Source: Octopus bimaculoides
Taxonomy: Eukaryota
NCBI RefSeq assembly: GCF_001194135.2
Contig: NC_069004.1
Location: forward strand, 28,153,428-28,217,427
Length of the DNA stretch: 64,000 nt
Reading direction: 5' to 3'
Position numbers and translations under genes: made by a program. Positions within the stretch are counted from its first letter, which is position 1; every line of letters begins with the position of its first letter. The notes beneath the pieces are model-generated. The model ran no database searches. It saw only the letters and a list, made by a program, of their open reading frames with translations, and was not told the origin of the DNA. Positions 1 through 12,800 of the stretch are shown piece by piece.

Positions 1-54
1 TCTCTCAGAGTTTTATGAATTCTTATGACATCAGAAACAAAGTATATGTAATTA

Positions 55-646
55 ATATGAGGGGGTGTTGGAAAGTTCTTGGCTTTGGGTAAAAGAAAAT
101 AGGAGAGGATCAGTTAATTATGATTTTATCCAACACATTCCCCGCTCAGATTCACACTTTTATTGCAGTGATCCTTCAGGTTTTCTAAGCCCTGTAAAAG
201 AACTCGGAAGGTTGGGCTTCCAATCAGACCTTTGGTGATACCCTTAAAGGTAGGAACATTTATATATATACACAACAAGTTAAAAATAATGTTCATTAGA
301 TATAATTAATTTATTTGAGTTAATTTGGCTTATAGTGTCAAGATAGAGCTTATGAAGTATTTTGCCCAGATTGCTAATCCCCCACTATTTGTTATGTCTA
401 CATATATACCTATATATATATATGTGTGTGTGTGTTTGTGTGTATAAGAAGTGGGGCTGTAAAGTTCTTGGATATGGGTGGAAGGAAATACAGGAGGATC
501 AGTTAACTATGATTTTATTCAACACATTCTCCTCTCAGATTCACACTTTTATTGCAGTGATCCTTCAGGTTTTCTAAGCCCTGTAAAAGAACTCGGAAGG
601 TTGGGCTTCCAATCAGACCTTTGGTGATACCCTTAAAGACAGGAAC
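55..646 (-). mobile_element. Two tandem mariner-like transposon right ends (55-257, 449-646)
   Basis: TA + TGAGGGGGTGTTGGAAAGTTC terminal repeat. Minus strand encodes ...QGLENLKDHCNKSVNLSGECVG*, like the mariner transposase C-terminus (KC....G.YVE*). Confidence 0.7.
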
Positions 647-866
647 TTTTCACACACCTCCTTCGTATTTTTGGTAGTCAGGTTTTCCAAACAGCATATT
701 TGATAATTGGCAGGGGTGGTGGTGGTTAAAGGAGTAAAGCTCAGTTGCAGTACTCCTCTGACCTGTGCAAGCATGGAAAAGTAGAAGTTAAAATGACAAT
801 GATGAGGCTGACTTTTTACTAAGTCTGAAAGTGCTCAACTGAAAAGCATGTGCTGTGATTACTTAA

Positions 867-908
<42 letters not shown>

Positions 909-1957
909 TCTAATTTTGGCCCAAGACTAACAATTTCAAGGGAGGTGGGTGGGGAGAGTAGTTGATTACATCGACCCCAGTACTTGACTGGTATTCTATT
1001 TTGTTAATCAAATATCCCAGTAGGATGAAAACAAAGTTGACCTTGGTGGGATTTGAACTCTGAACGTTAAATTACATATTAATTCTTCCATCCATTGCTT
1101 TGATAATAAAAATAGAAGTAGCAGTAACATTAGTTGTAGTAGCATGTTTATTTTTCTTATTATGGGTGCACTATTTCACTAATGTACTCTGAAATGAGTT
1201 TGTGTGAGAATATTGATATACATTAACAGGTCTCCACTTGTGACAAACAAATCACTAAAGAACGGCAGAGAGGGGGGGGGTGCTACAAATGAGTTAGGTC
1301 TGAAAGTAGGTGGTGGCTTAAAGAGAGACAGGAAGAAAGAAAGAATGAATGGATGGAGAAGAAAAAAAATATATATNNNNNNNNNNNNNNNNNNNNNNNN
1401 NNNNNNNNNNNNNNNNNNNNNNNNNNNNNNNNNNNNNNNNNNNNNNNNNNNNNNNNNNNNNNNNNNNNNNNNNNNNNNNNNNNNNNNNNNNNNNNNNNNN
1501 NNNNNNNNNNNNNNNNNNNNNNNNNNNNNNNNNNNNNNNNNNNNNNNNNNNNNNNNNNNNNNNNNNNNNNNNNNNNNNNNNNNNNNNNNNNNNNNNNNNN
1601 NNNNNNNNNNNNNNNNNNNNNNNNNNNNNNNNNNNNATTTTTTTTTTTTTTTTTTTCCTCAATGGAATTAAGCAGAGAAAAAAAAGTTATGTTCTTCTAA
1701 CATACACTCTCAGGTGAATCTAGACGATATACAGTTATATATCAAGTCACTATACTCCTTAATTTAAACCTCTAAATACTATTAGTTTTCATAATGTACC
1801 TTTGCTTGTCTAAAGGCGGTGCTCCAGCATGGCTACAGTCAAGTGACTGAAACACGTAAAAAGTACCTACCGTCATTAATGCTAAACTGCAACATTGCAA
1901 AACCTAAAATAGGAAAAAATACCAAAAGCTTACTCTGAAACTAAATGTATATATAGG

Positions 1958-2029
1958 TTATTATTATCATTATTATTATTATCATTATTATTATTATTAT
2001 CATTATTATTATCATTATTATTATTATTA

Positions 2030-2069
<40 letters not shown>

Positions 2070-2101
2070 CATTATTATTATTATTATCATTATTATTATT
2101 A

Positions 2102-2195
<94 letters not shown>

Positions 2196-2208
2196 CATTA
2201 TTATTATT
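1958..2208. repeat. (ATT)n with ATC variants
   Basis: Direct reading. Confidence 0.97.
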
Positions 2209-2209
2209 T

Positions 2210-2904
2210 TATTGCAGAATTGTTAGCATGCCAGGCAAAATGCTCAGCGGCATTTCGTCTGTCTTTACATTCTGAGTTCAAGTTCCACTGAGGTCACCTT
2301 TGCCGTTCGTCCTTTTTGGGGGTCAAAATAATTAAGCACCAGTCAAGCACTGGGGTTGATGTAATTGCCTTACCCCTCCCCGCAAAAAAAATTTCAGGCC
2401 TTGTTGCCTATAGTACGAAGGATTATTGTTATAGTAATAAGAGCACATGGCCTGGTGGTTAGGATGCTGCACTCACAGTCTCATGGTCTTGGTTTCAATT
2501 CTTAGACTGGGTGGTGCCTTGTGCTCTGCAATCACTTCAACACTTGATGTGTGATACACTGTGCACCTGTTCAGAGAACATTGATTTAATGGAGAGAGTG
2601 AGCTAATGTGCGGCACATACATTTGTGCAGGTCATTTGACAAAAGCTGAGCACTCATATGTGGTCTTCGACAGGACAGTCCATTATTATTGTTGTTGTTA
2701 TTATTATCATCATCATCATCATCATTAAGGCAGTAAGCTGGCAGGATCATTAGCATATCGGACAAAATACTTAGTAACATTTTATCCGTCTTTACTTCTG
2801 AGTTCAAATTCAGGGTCGATAAAATAAATACCGGCTGAACACTAGGGTTGATGTAATCAACTAACTCCCACCCACCAAACTTCAGACCCTGTGGCTATAG
2901 CAGA

Positions 2905-2940
<36 letters not shown>

Positions 2941-3373
2941 GGTAGCGAGCTCACAGAATCATTAGCACGCTGGATGAAAGGCTTAGCGGTATTTTGTCCA
3001 TCTTTACATTCTGAGTTCAAATTCCGCCAAGGTAAACTTTACCTGCCATCCTTTCAGGGTTGATAAAATAAGCACCAGTTAAACTGGGGGTCGGTGTAAT
3101 AGACTAGCCCTCTCCCCTCAAATTTCCGGCCTTGAACCTATAATAGAAAGGATTATTATTATTATTATTATTTAGGTGATGAGCTGGCAGAATTGTTAGC
3201 ACGCTGGGTACAATGCTTAGCAGCATTTCATCTGTCTTTATTTTCTGAGTTCAAATTCTGCCATGATCAACTTTGCCTTTCATCCTTTCACGGTCAATAA
3301 AATAAGCATCAATTAAACACTGTAATTGACTTATCCTTCTCCCGAACTTGCCGGCTTTGTGCTAAAATTTGAA

Positions 3374-3405
<32 letters not shown>

Positions 3406-3730
3406 GATTATTATTATTATTAAGGTGGTGAGCTGGCAGAATTCTTAGCATGCCAGGCAAAATGCTTAGCGGTATTTCACCCATCTTTACATTCTGAGTT
3501 CAAATTCTGCTGAGGTCGAATTTGCCTTTCACCCTTTCGGGGTTGATAAATTAAGTACCAGTGAAACACTGGGGTCGATGTAATCGACTCATCCACTGCC
3601 CTGAAATTTCAGGCCTTGTGCCCTTAGTAGAAAGGATTATATTATTGTTTAGCCTAGGGAAACCATCCCCTTCCCTGAAATTTCAGGCCTTGTGCCCTTA
3701 GTAGAAAGGATTATATTATTATTTAGCCTA
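2210..3730 (+). mobile_element. Head-to-tail train of at least five SINE family B copies separated by (TTA)n
   Basis: Units AAGG(C/T)GG(C/T)GAGCTGGCAGAAT...TTCTGAGTTCAAATT...TAGTAGAAAGGATTATT at about 2210, 2726, 2938, 3173, 3421, plus a duplicated tail at 3655-3720. A different SINE at 2440-2690 interrupts the train. Confidence 0.85.
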
Positions 3731-3852
3731 GGGAAACCATCTATCAATCAAACCAAGCAAATTGTATCTCCCTTGGTTTTGATTTTTCCACTTGGACTAT
3801 TTGTTGGTCACAACTGCAGACAGACGTGTCGCAATGTAAGATTTAAACGCAA

Positions 3853-3895
<43 letters not shown>

Positions 3896-4644
3896 GGAAG
3901 AAAGATACTACAAAGCATCTCACCTGACTCTAATAATTCTGCCAATGCACCAAAGACAAAGTTGACCTCAGCTGGATTTGAACTCAAAAGTCCTAAGAGT
4001 CAGAACAAGTAATGCAAAGCACTTATCCAATGCCCCGACAACCCTGCTTTCTTCTCCTTACCTTGAAAGTAAAGTAGCTGTAATATAATCTACTGAGTTC
4101 ATTAACTACACATTTTTGTCTTTACAAATGGCTTTAAGCCTCGCAAAATGCATCATCATCATCATATTAGAAATTATCATCATCATCATTAGTATCATCA
4201 GGTATTTATAAAGAAAATACTTTATTGAATATGGCATAAACACCTACACTTTCTATTGCCACAACCTTAATGGTTTAGAAATTGTTTTTGTTTATGCTGT
4301 TATTGTTTAGCTGAGAAATTTTTAACAAATCACAATAATAGTGTGTAATCACAGTCATACCTGAAGTGTTGAACCTTGAATTTGGTTTTGATTTTGTTTT
4401 TGTTTTCTTTTTCCACATTAGACTCTTCTTTCCATTGCTTGTGCACTGATCAATATTGTGAACTTACTCTCTCTCGGTTATAGATTCTCTCATGTAAACA
4501 GTATGGCTGGAGGAAACTTGTTTGAGACTTAACAGTGGAGAGCAACACTTATCAAATAACTCTTTCACTAGCATTGTCGTTGCCACTTAGAAGCAACAGG
4601 CAACGTGTTGACTTAAATATCCTTGGCATACATAGAAGTGCTTG

Positions 4645-4682
<38 letters not shown>

Positions 4683-5174
4683 TCTCTCCCCCTCCTCCTC
4701 TCCCTCTCTCAATGATCTCTCACACTGGCTAGCTGATAATTGAAGCCCACAAAGGATATATTTCCAGTAATTTCTCTTCTTTTGGTTTTAATATGCCAGA
4801 ACAGTTTTGGAATTGATTGCAATTCTGTCTTGATTCTCTGCCAATATCTCAAGTGCTTGCTCTATTTTTATTGCTTTCTGCTTAATATGGCCATTTAACA
4901 AGGTAGCAAAAAGAGGTCCAGTTTTACACTCCACCACTACTTTCTGGTTTGTGGTTCTGAAAGCAATGTATTTACTTTTTAAATGTTTTTACATCTACCT
5001 TGAAAATGATGTAAGGTTTCTTCTTTAGATTTTCTTCAATTTTATTTTAGTTTCTATTTAGCACTGGTTTTCTTTTTTTTTCTTGGCTTTTTTTTTTTTT
5101 TTACATCTGTTTCTGTCCTTCGTAGGTATGTGGGTTTTTGGTTTTAACTTCAAAACTGTCAGTACCTTATTGAT

Positions 5175-5672
5175 TATTTTCGACTAAATGGAGCGTCATT
5201 CAAGATGAACATTAACTGTGTCAGTCTTTGTAATCTCAGAGAGCCTGCAAAGACCATTGACACGGCATGCAATCCAATAAAAAGAAAGGAAAAATATTCC
5301 ACCATAAGTGCAAGGCATGGTTGTGTGGTTAAAAGAACTTGCTCTGCAAGCCTGTGGTTTCAGGTTCAATTCTACTACACATTACCTTGGGCAACTGTCT
5401 TCTATTAACTGAAGCTAAGTCTGTGTATTTCAACAGAAACAGAAACACAATAACAACATATAAACTTCTGGTGAGCTAAATCTAAAATAGACTTTAAATT
5501 TTCCAGTTGAACCAATTTTACTTCACTCACTTTCATGCAACAATCTTCCATTTGACCCTCTCTTCGAAAGTGCATGGTTTACTTCTGTGATTTTAGTTCT
5601 GATGAAAATCTTAGAATGGTGTTGACAAGATATATTTTCTGCACAAATTCTTTGGATATCTCTATATACAGT
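5175..5672 (-). other. Candidate exon 5672-5531 (142 nt) and candidate terminal exon starting at 5244
   Basis: Acceptor TTGCCTGTAG, donor AAA|GTGAGT, one open frame (TVYRDIQRICAENISCQHHSKIFIRTKITEVNHALSKRGSNGRLLHE). Next acceptor TCTTTGCAG at 5245 continues in phase to SSLRLQRLTQLMFILNDAPFSRK*. AATAAA on minus strand at 4222-4227. Confidence 0.3.
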
Positions 5673-5968
5673 CTACAGGCAACCATATACAATGTTTAGT
5701 TTTTAATGGTGCCTGAGTTTGTAGGAAAAATTGAGATCATGAAGCTTTTGGGTTGTCATACAGTACATTACATACATCAATAACTTTTCTCCCGTTTTAG
5801 ACCAATTCTTATTTTTATCCTGTTAAGATATTAGGATGGTAAAAGCAACAGGAGTGACCAACTAAATATGGCACAACATTTGTGTTCTTCTTTTGACATT
5901 CATGGTTCTAATCTTTCCAAGATCTACACTGATATTCATCATTCATTGCTTCATAGAATAAACACCAA

Positions 5969-6017
<49 letters not shown>

Positions 6018-6249
6018 TTTTGCTTTGTCTGGCCTCTGTTGATCCATGTTAATAAGAGGAATCTTAATAGTTTCTATATAAAACATGAAACTTTGCAAGT
6101 TACATAAAACATGTTTTGTAGATGTCAATGAACCACTTGTACACACTCTCCTTGCCACTTAACATATGTGCATTTTTTACTCGTAGATTATTATTCAAAT
6201 TTCATTTTATTGGCTGAATAGAATTTTTTTCAGGAAAATTGTTCTTGCT

Positions 6250-6883
6250 TCTGGGTTCAGTTCCACTGCAAGGCACCTTGGGCAAGCATCTTCTACTATG
6301 GCCTTGGACAGACCAAAGCTTTGTGAATGGATTTGGTAGACGGAAACTGAAGGAAGCCTGTTGCATGTGTGTGTGTGTCTTTGTGTTTGTTCCCTACCAC
6401 CGCTTGACAACTGGCATGGGTGTGTTTATGTCCCTGTAAATTAGTGTTTCAGCAAAAGAGACTGATAGAACAAAGTACCAAGCTTAAAAAAAGAAAAGTG
6501 TAGGGGTCAGTTCATTTGATTAAAAATTCTTCAAAGCAGTGCACCAGCATGGCCACAGTCAAATGACTGAAAGAAGTAAAAGATCCAAATGCATTCTCTC
6601 AGCACCTTTACACTTGCATTGTCTACTCAAGGTTTGTTGTTCAAATTCTTGCTTGCTAAGCAAATAGATTCTTTTATTCTTTTACTTGTCTCAGTCATTT
6701 AAAAGTGGCCATGCTGGAGCACCACCTTTAAGTCAAACAAATCAATCCTAGGACTTATTCTCTGTAAGCCTAGTATATTCTATCAGGCTCTTTTTTGCCA
6801 CACCGCTAAGTTACAGAGACGTAAGCACACCGGCATCAGTTGTCAAGTGATGATAGGGGGACAAACACAGACACACAAATATA

Positions 6884-6947
<64 letters not shown>

Positions 6948-7138
6948 TACATACACACACATATATATTCATAGATATATATGACAGGCTTCTTTCGGTA
7001 TCCATCTACCAAATCTACTCTCAAAGCTTTGGGTGGTCCAAAGCTATAGTAGAAGACATTTGCCCAAATCTCTACTGAACCCGGAAACCATGTGGTTGGG
7101 AAGCAAGCTCCTTACCACACAGCCATTTCCCTGCACCT
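6250..7138. mobile_element. Two SINE-A copies tail-to-tail (6250-6585 +, 6671-7138 -)
   Basis: Both align by eye to the 56267 copy over most of their length. Confidence 0.85.
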
Positions 7139-8152
7139 GTGCATAATCTGCTCAAGGGTCATTGATCATCAAATTTCAGCTCATTTATCCAAGTTTAATT
7201 TTCTTCAGGAAAGCTGCTTGACATTCAGTTTGTTCACTTAGGGAACTGTTCATATACTGGTACCTCCACAGTTTTTATAGATTGATTTCATCCATTATTC
7301 CCCTACCACTTTCGTCCAAACCTTATGGGTTTGCGTCAGTTAAAGAAACTGTTCTTATAAGTTTAAGCTGTTGTTAAAAATATAGCAACTACATTTTGTA
7401 TATTATTTACATTCATTTAGGCGCAGGTAAGTAGCTTGCTTGCCAACCACATGGTTCTGGGTTCAGTCCCACTGCATGGCACCTTGGGCAAGTGTCTTCT
7501 ACTATAGCCTCGGTCCGACCAAAGCCTTGTGAGTGGATTTGGGAGACAAAAACTGAAAGAAGCCTGTTGTGTGTGTATATATATATATATATNNNNNNNN
7601 NNNNNNNNNNNNNNNNNNNNNNNNNNNNNNNNNNNNNNNNNNNNNNNNNNNNNNNNNNNNNNNNNNNNNNNNNNNNNNNNNNNNNNNNNNNNNNNNNNNN
7701 NNNNNNNNNNNNNNNNNNNNNNNNNNNNNNNNNNNNNNNNNNNNNNNNNNNNNNNNNNNNNNNNNNNNNNNNNNNNNNNNNNNNNNNNNNNNNNNNNNNN
7801 NNNNNNNNNNNNNNNNNNNNNNNNNNNNNNNNNNNNNNNNNNNNNNNNNNNNNNNNNNNNNNNNNNNNNNNNNNNNNNNNNNNNNNNNNNNNNNNNNNNN
7901 NNNNNNNNNNNNNNNNNNNNNNNNNNNNNNNNNNNNNNNNNNNNNNNNNNNNNNNNNNNNNNNNNNNNNNNNNNNNNNNNNNNNNNNNNNNNNNNNNNNN
8001 NNNNNNNNNNNNNNNNNNNNNNNNNNNNNNNNNNNNNNNNNNNNNNNNNNNNNNNNNNNNNNNNNNNNNNNNNNNNNNNNNNNNNNNNNNNNNNNNNNNN
8101 NNNNNNNNNNNNNNNNNNNNNNNNNNNNNNNNNNNNNNNNNNNNNNNNNNNN

Positions 8153-8695
8153 CCCCCCCCAAGTGTTCAATTGTAATTAGTTACCGCCGGCGCATTTCTG
8201 CATGTGAGCACATTTTATTGTGCCCGCAGGCTGATATACTTGTATGTGCAAAATATAATAAATTTTTCAATTATAAAATTTACATAATATTCATATGCCT
8301 ATTTGTGACATAGGTTGCATTTCCACTATGGCTTGGAACAGTTAGATCCGAACAGAAATCATCCTGAAATTGCCGTTTGAATGGAAATTTTGTTTTCACC
8401 ATAACACACATATTGCTAGGTTTGTACCACCCTCCTGTGATCCAACTACACTCTAGCTGAAAAATATAGAATACCTCATAAGTAATATAAACATCCTAAA
8501 TTCAGTGGCGGCGTTAATGAAGATGTTATGCGTTAATTAAATGTGTTAAACTTATCTTTATTAATGTATATCGAATTATACATAGATATATATACAAGAT
8601 TTACACAGATATAAGCGTTTGAACTTGTGATCCGCCCATGGACCTTTTTCTTTGGAAATTTTTGCCCACCACACTAAAAAGTTTCCCCACCCCTG
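8153..8695. mobile_element. hAT (Charlie-like) transposon end running out of a gap
   Basis: Ends AAAAAGTTTCCCCACCCCTG followed by TTCTACAG, close to the NTCTAGAN target preference. Confidence 0.55.
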
Positions 8696-10093
8696 TTCTA
8701 CAGGTACATTAATAGCATCACTTTCACTAGTCTCAGAGATTGTGCAAAGTCAAAGGGCACTGTCCCTTCCTTCAAACCCAGCAAGTAAAAAAAAAAATAA
8801 AAAAAAACGAACAAAATATCTGTGACAAAAGGTAATGGTCTGTAAAAAAAGATCAAATACAAATTATTTTACAAAATTTTCTTCGTTTCTTTTTTTCAAA
8901 AGAGAAATTTAGTTTGTTTTAAAGTAGAACTTTTTTTTTGATAACAATCATGGAGATAATTAAATTTGTTTTATGTTGTTAGGGGTGTTTAGTTTCAAGC
9001 CAACCCTGGTTGAGTAGACCGATAATCAAAGACACTCCAACCATGACCATTTCATTTTTTTATTTAGACAGGCTGTCTCTAAGACTGCAATTACCGTTCC
9101 ATCCTCTGAGTCTCTTTTGTTCGTTTGCTTTCTAAAAGGCAGTAAGAATGGACAGCTTTTTCTGGAAGGTCGAGTAACCACATCAAAGCTCCATTTTTGA
9201 CTACATCTTTCATCTGTTATATGCTATATACTAATGTATATAATAGATTTTTATCCAGCTGGGTGGCTGTTCACAGAGATGATGGATATTTTTTTCACTT
9301 TTTTCATGTGGGTCAGAGTCAGTAGATCTCATCTGGGCATGTGTATCTAACTGTGGGTGAATGCCTTTGGCGGAGCCCAGTGGGGCTGATATACATCTGG
9401 CTTTATCACTGGCTATTGCTGGGATGGTTTTTAAATACAACAGGTCTATGGGAGATGTTATCTGTGCATAAGTACTGCAATAAATTTGCCTTTCAAAATA
9501 TATTTACATTGAGTATGATACATAGATGACTGTTATGATTAGATTATTTTCTTATCATCTAAGTGGCAAGTAGGGGTCATTTGATTGGTTAGATATAGTT
9601 GGCAAATCTTTCTTAATTTATAACCATTGTAGACCTGCAGCCCCTTAGAAGTAGACTGATTACAAAAAATTAATTTTATTAATAAACAATATAAACATAA
9701 TTGAGTTTATATCATTAAGGTTAATCTGAGAGCAAGTTATTGAGTGCTTAATAGACAAATATGATGATTAAGATACCCCTGCATAGAAAAGAAATTCTGA
9801 CATTTTGGGTAATGTTATCATCGATATACAATGCATGAAAAAAAATATAGGATGATCATGAGTGGAAAGAATGCTTTCGATCATAGGCCTGCTTGATCAT
9901 GGTTGACCTAGGGCTAAACAAACAGGTTATTTGTACTCAATGTTTTTAGTATATCCTCTCCTGTACTCTCTCCCTCTCTCTCTCTTCCCCTCTAAACCAC
10001 TATGATAATGCAATATATGAAATTTGTGTTTTCACTCAAAGATATATATATTTGTGGAGGCTGGACAGGTTTTTCAACCAGCTGGTCAGCTAC

Positions 10094-10136
10094 TTCAGGC
10101 TGATGATGAGCAATGACTCAGAAACATGTCCCTGAA
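10094..10136 (+). ncRNA. Minimal type I hammerhead ribozyme motif, intact core
   Basis: TTCAGG CTGATGA TGAG caatga CTCA GAAAC AT GTC CCTGAA: perfect 6-bp stem I, 4-bp stem II, palindromic ACATGT stem III, GUC cleavage triplet ending at 10130. Confidence 0.72.
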
Positions 10137-10522
10137 TGCAGACTAAAGCTGGGTGGGGAAGCTTGTCTCCCCTTCACAAATATAAGGACACAGGAAATGT
10201 GTCAAGGCCAGCAGGAAGCGGTCTAACTTCCTAGGGCTAAATAGCAGCAGTATGATTCCCTTAATGGGTCTGTCACATTAAGTTGACAGTAAACAACTGT
10301 TGAAATTTATATATTTATATATATATATATATATATATATGATGACGATGATGATGCACACATATACATGTATGTGCAGTCCAATGAAGGCTAGTAATGC
10401 TGAACTTCAAAGTTACTGTCACTCCTCCTGTAAAAATATAATAAACTAAAAGGTATTAATTCTTCAGTTTAATGCTAAATTGTTTTTTTATATATAACTC
10501 AACTTCTCTCAAGTTATATATG

Positions 10523-10558
<36 letters not shown>

Positions 10559-11334
10559 TGTGTGTATTCGTTTCATAAAAATAAAGAAACTGTTGTCTTT
10601 TATTACACACAAATACACACATGTGTGTGTTTTTGTCATATTCTTAACTTTTCTAGTTATCAAGATATTCTCCACCACCACCACCATTTCATTTGAATTA
10701 CAATTTTATCAGCAGTTAATATTTTTATCTGCCCTTCAAATTTACCTTGTTTAGTCTTGTCTTGTTGTTATTTAACGTTTTTGGCAAGATGCTAACAAAG
10801 ATAATTATTTTTAATAAAGAAATGGAAGCAAACAACTGCAGTTACCATTTTCTCCTAACCTACTGCTACTACTACTTCACTGAAGGAGTAATATATCTAC
10901 ATGATAGATAATAATTTATATATGATACCGTAATTAATCAGTTGGCAAAAGATGGCTCGTTTGTTCATTCTGAATGATTATATTTTGAAATTCATTCTAT
11001 CTCCGATTGCGATCACTTGAATGTTGAAAACAAAACATGGGAAAAGGCAGAACTTTAGAAAAAATAAAGAAAGAAACTAAAAAACATTGAATTATGTTCA
11101 CATATGTTTGACTTGCGGGAGAATAAGTCTACAAGATTCTTGTTGATTAGAGTAATTAATTAGTTTCTTGTGTTATTGTAGATAATATATATAAATATAT
11201 ATCATCATCATTGCTTTACATCTGATTTTCCCTGCTGGTATGGGTTGAACTGCTTTTCTAAGCCAATGTTTTGCTGTTGGATGTTATTCTACCACCAGCC
11301 CTTTCAGCCAACTTCTTGTGGCTCACAAGGATAT

Positions 11335-12228
11335 GACGTACTTATTTCGAAACCAAACATATAGTTCCAGGTTCAGTGCTACAGTGTAACACTTTAGGCA
11401 AGTGTCTTTTACTAAAGCCTGAGGTTGGCCAAAGCCTTGTGATTGGCTTTGGTACATAGAAACTGAAGGAAACTAGTCATGTGTGTGGGTGTCTTTGTGT
11501 CTGTGTTTGATCCCCACTACCACTTGACAACCAGTGTTGGTGTGTTTACATCCCTGTAACTTAGCACTTCGGCAAAAGAGACTGATAGAATAAGTACCAG
11601 GCTTAAAATAATAGTTCTTTTAGTCTTTTACTTGTTTCAGTTATTTGACTGCGGCCATGCTGGATCACCGCCTTTAGTCGAGGAAATCAACCCCAGGACT
11701 TATTCTTTGTAAGCCTAGTACTTATTTTACCAGTCTCTTAGGCCAAACCACTAAGTTACGGAGACGTAAACGCACTAGCATCGGTTGTCGAGTGATGTTG
11801 GGGGGGGGGGGCAAACACAGACACACAAACATATACACACGCACACACATATATATAAATAATATATATATATGCATACATACATACATACATACATACA
11901 TACATACATGGATACAGAATGCCACCAACAGTAAACAACATGAAATATGAAAACAAACAACTAGAGAAACAAATGGAAAGCAGGACAAGCAACACAAAGA
12001 AGGACCCCCTCACCAGCCATCAGCCATCCATCCGCTACCCACCCTGAGCATGTGGCTGGTAACCAAGCTACTTACCATACTGCCACTCCTGCGCTTATTG
12101 ATAAGAAGAAGAATTTCATTTATTTGCACCTAATAAGTACTAAGCTTGATTCATTTGAATAAAAAATCTTCAGAGTGGTGCCACAGCATGGCCACAGGCA
12201 AATGACTGAAATAAGTAAAATAAAAGAT
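11335..12228. mobile_element. SINE-A (-; 11615-12095) nested in a SINE-A (+)
   Basis: The plus copy breaks at about 11612; its remaining tail resumes at about 12128-12228. Confidence 0.7.
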
Positions 12229-12261
12229 ATACAATAACCACACACGCACACATGCATGCAC

Positions 12262-12628
12262 ACCATCCACTTCAACGCTACCGGCCATTCAGTCGATCTT
12301 GTATCAGTGTGTGCATCGCTGCACACCATGGGTCCACATTCTCAAGGAAACACAGGGAACAACATGTCATACTCAGACTTGGCACCGTGTCACCAACAGG
12401 TTTAAACGAATGGTTTCCCCCCCCCCTTCTACTTCTACACCTCCTCTTAGTTCATTAACTCTTTTCTTATCCTCCAACTCTCCTCTCACCTCATCTTTTC
12501 CCTTTACCTCAGTTTGGACTTTGCCTTCTTCTCATTTCGTTATTTTTTCCTTCTCTGTTTCTCACGTCACTTCTTGTTTACGTATGAAGCTCATGTGGTC
12601 CTGCATTCCTTATCATTTGCAGCCAGTT

Positions 12629-12691
<63 letters not shown>

Positions 12692-12800
12692 GTTTCTTTT
12701 TTTTTAATTTGGGATGATGTACGACTCTGCTGTCCCTCATTAATTTCTCTCCTTTCAAACTTTCCTTGAAGAAAGGCACTCTCTGACACATTGGATTTTT
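12262..12800 (+). mobile_element. Penelope-like element relic: C-terminus of GIY-YIG endonuclease plus pyrimidine-rich terminal region
   Basis: HFNATGHSVD (frameshift) ISVCIAAHHGSTFSRKHREQHVILRLGTVSPTGLNEWF (12268-12416) matches the remembered PLE endonuclease end HFN..GHS...SVC..R..EQ..I..LGT..P.G.NE.F. Hammerhead-like remnant at 12763-12795. Confidence 0.65.
12631..12690. repeat. 60-nt poly(T) inside the Penelope-like relic
   Basis: Direct reading. Confidence 0.95.
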
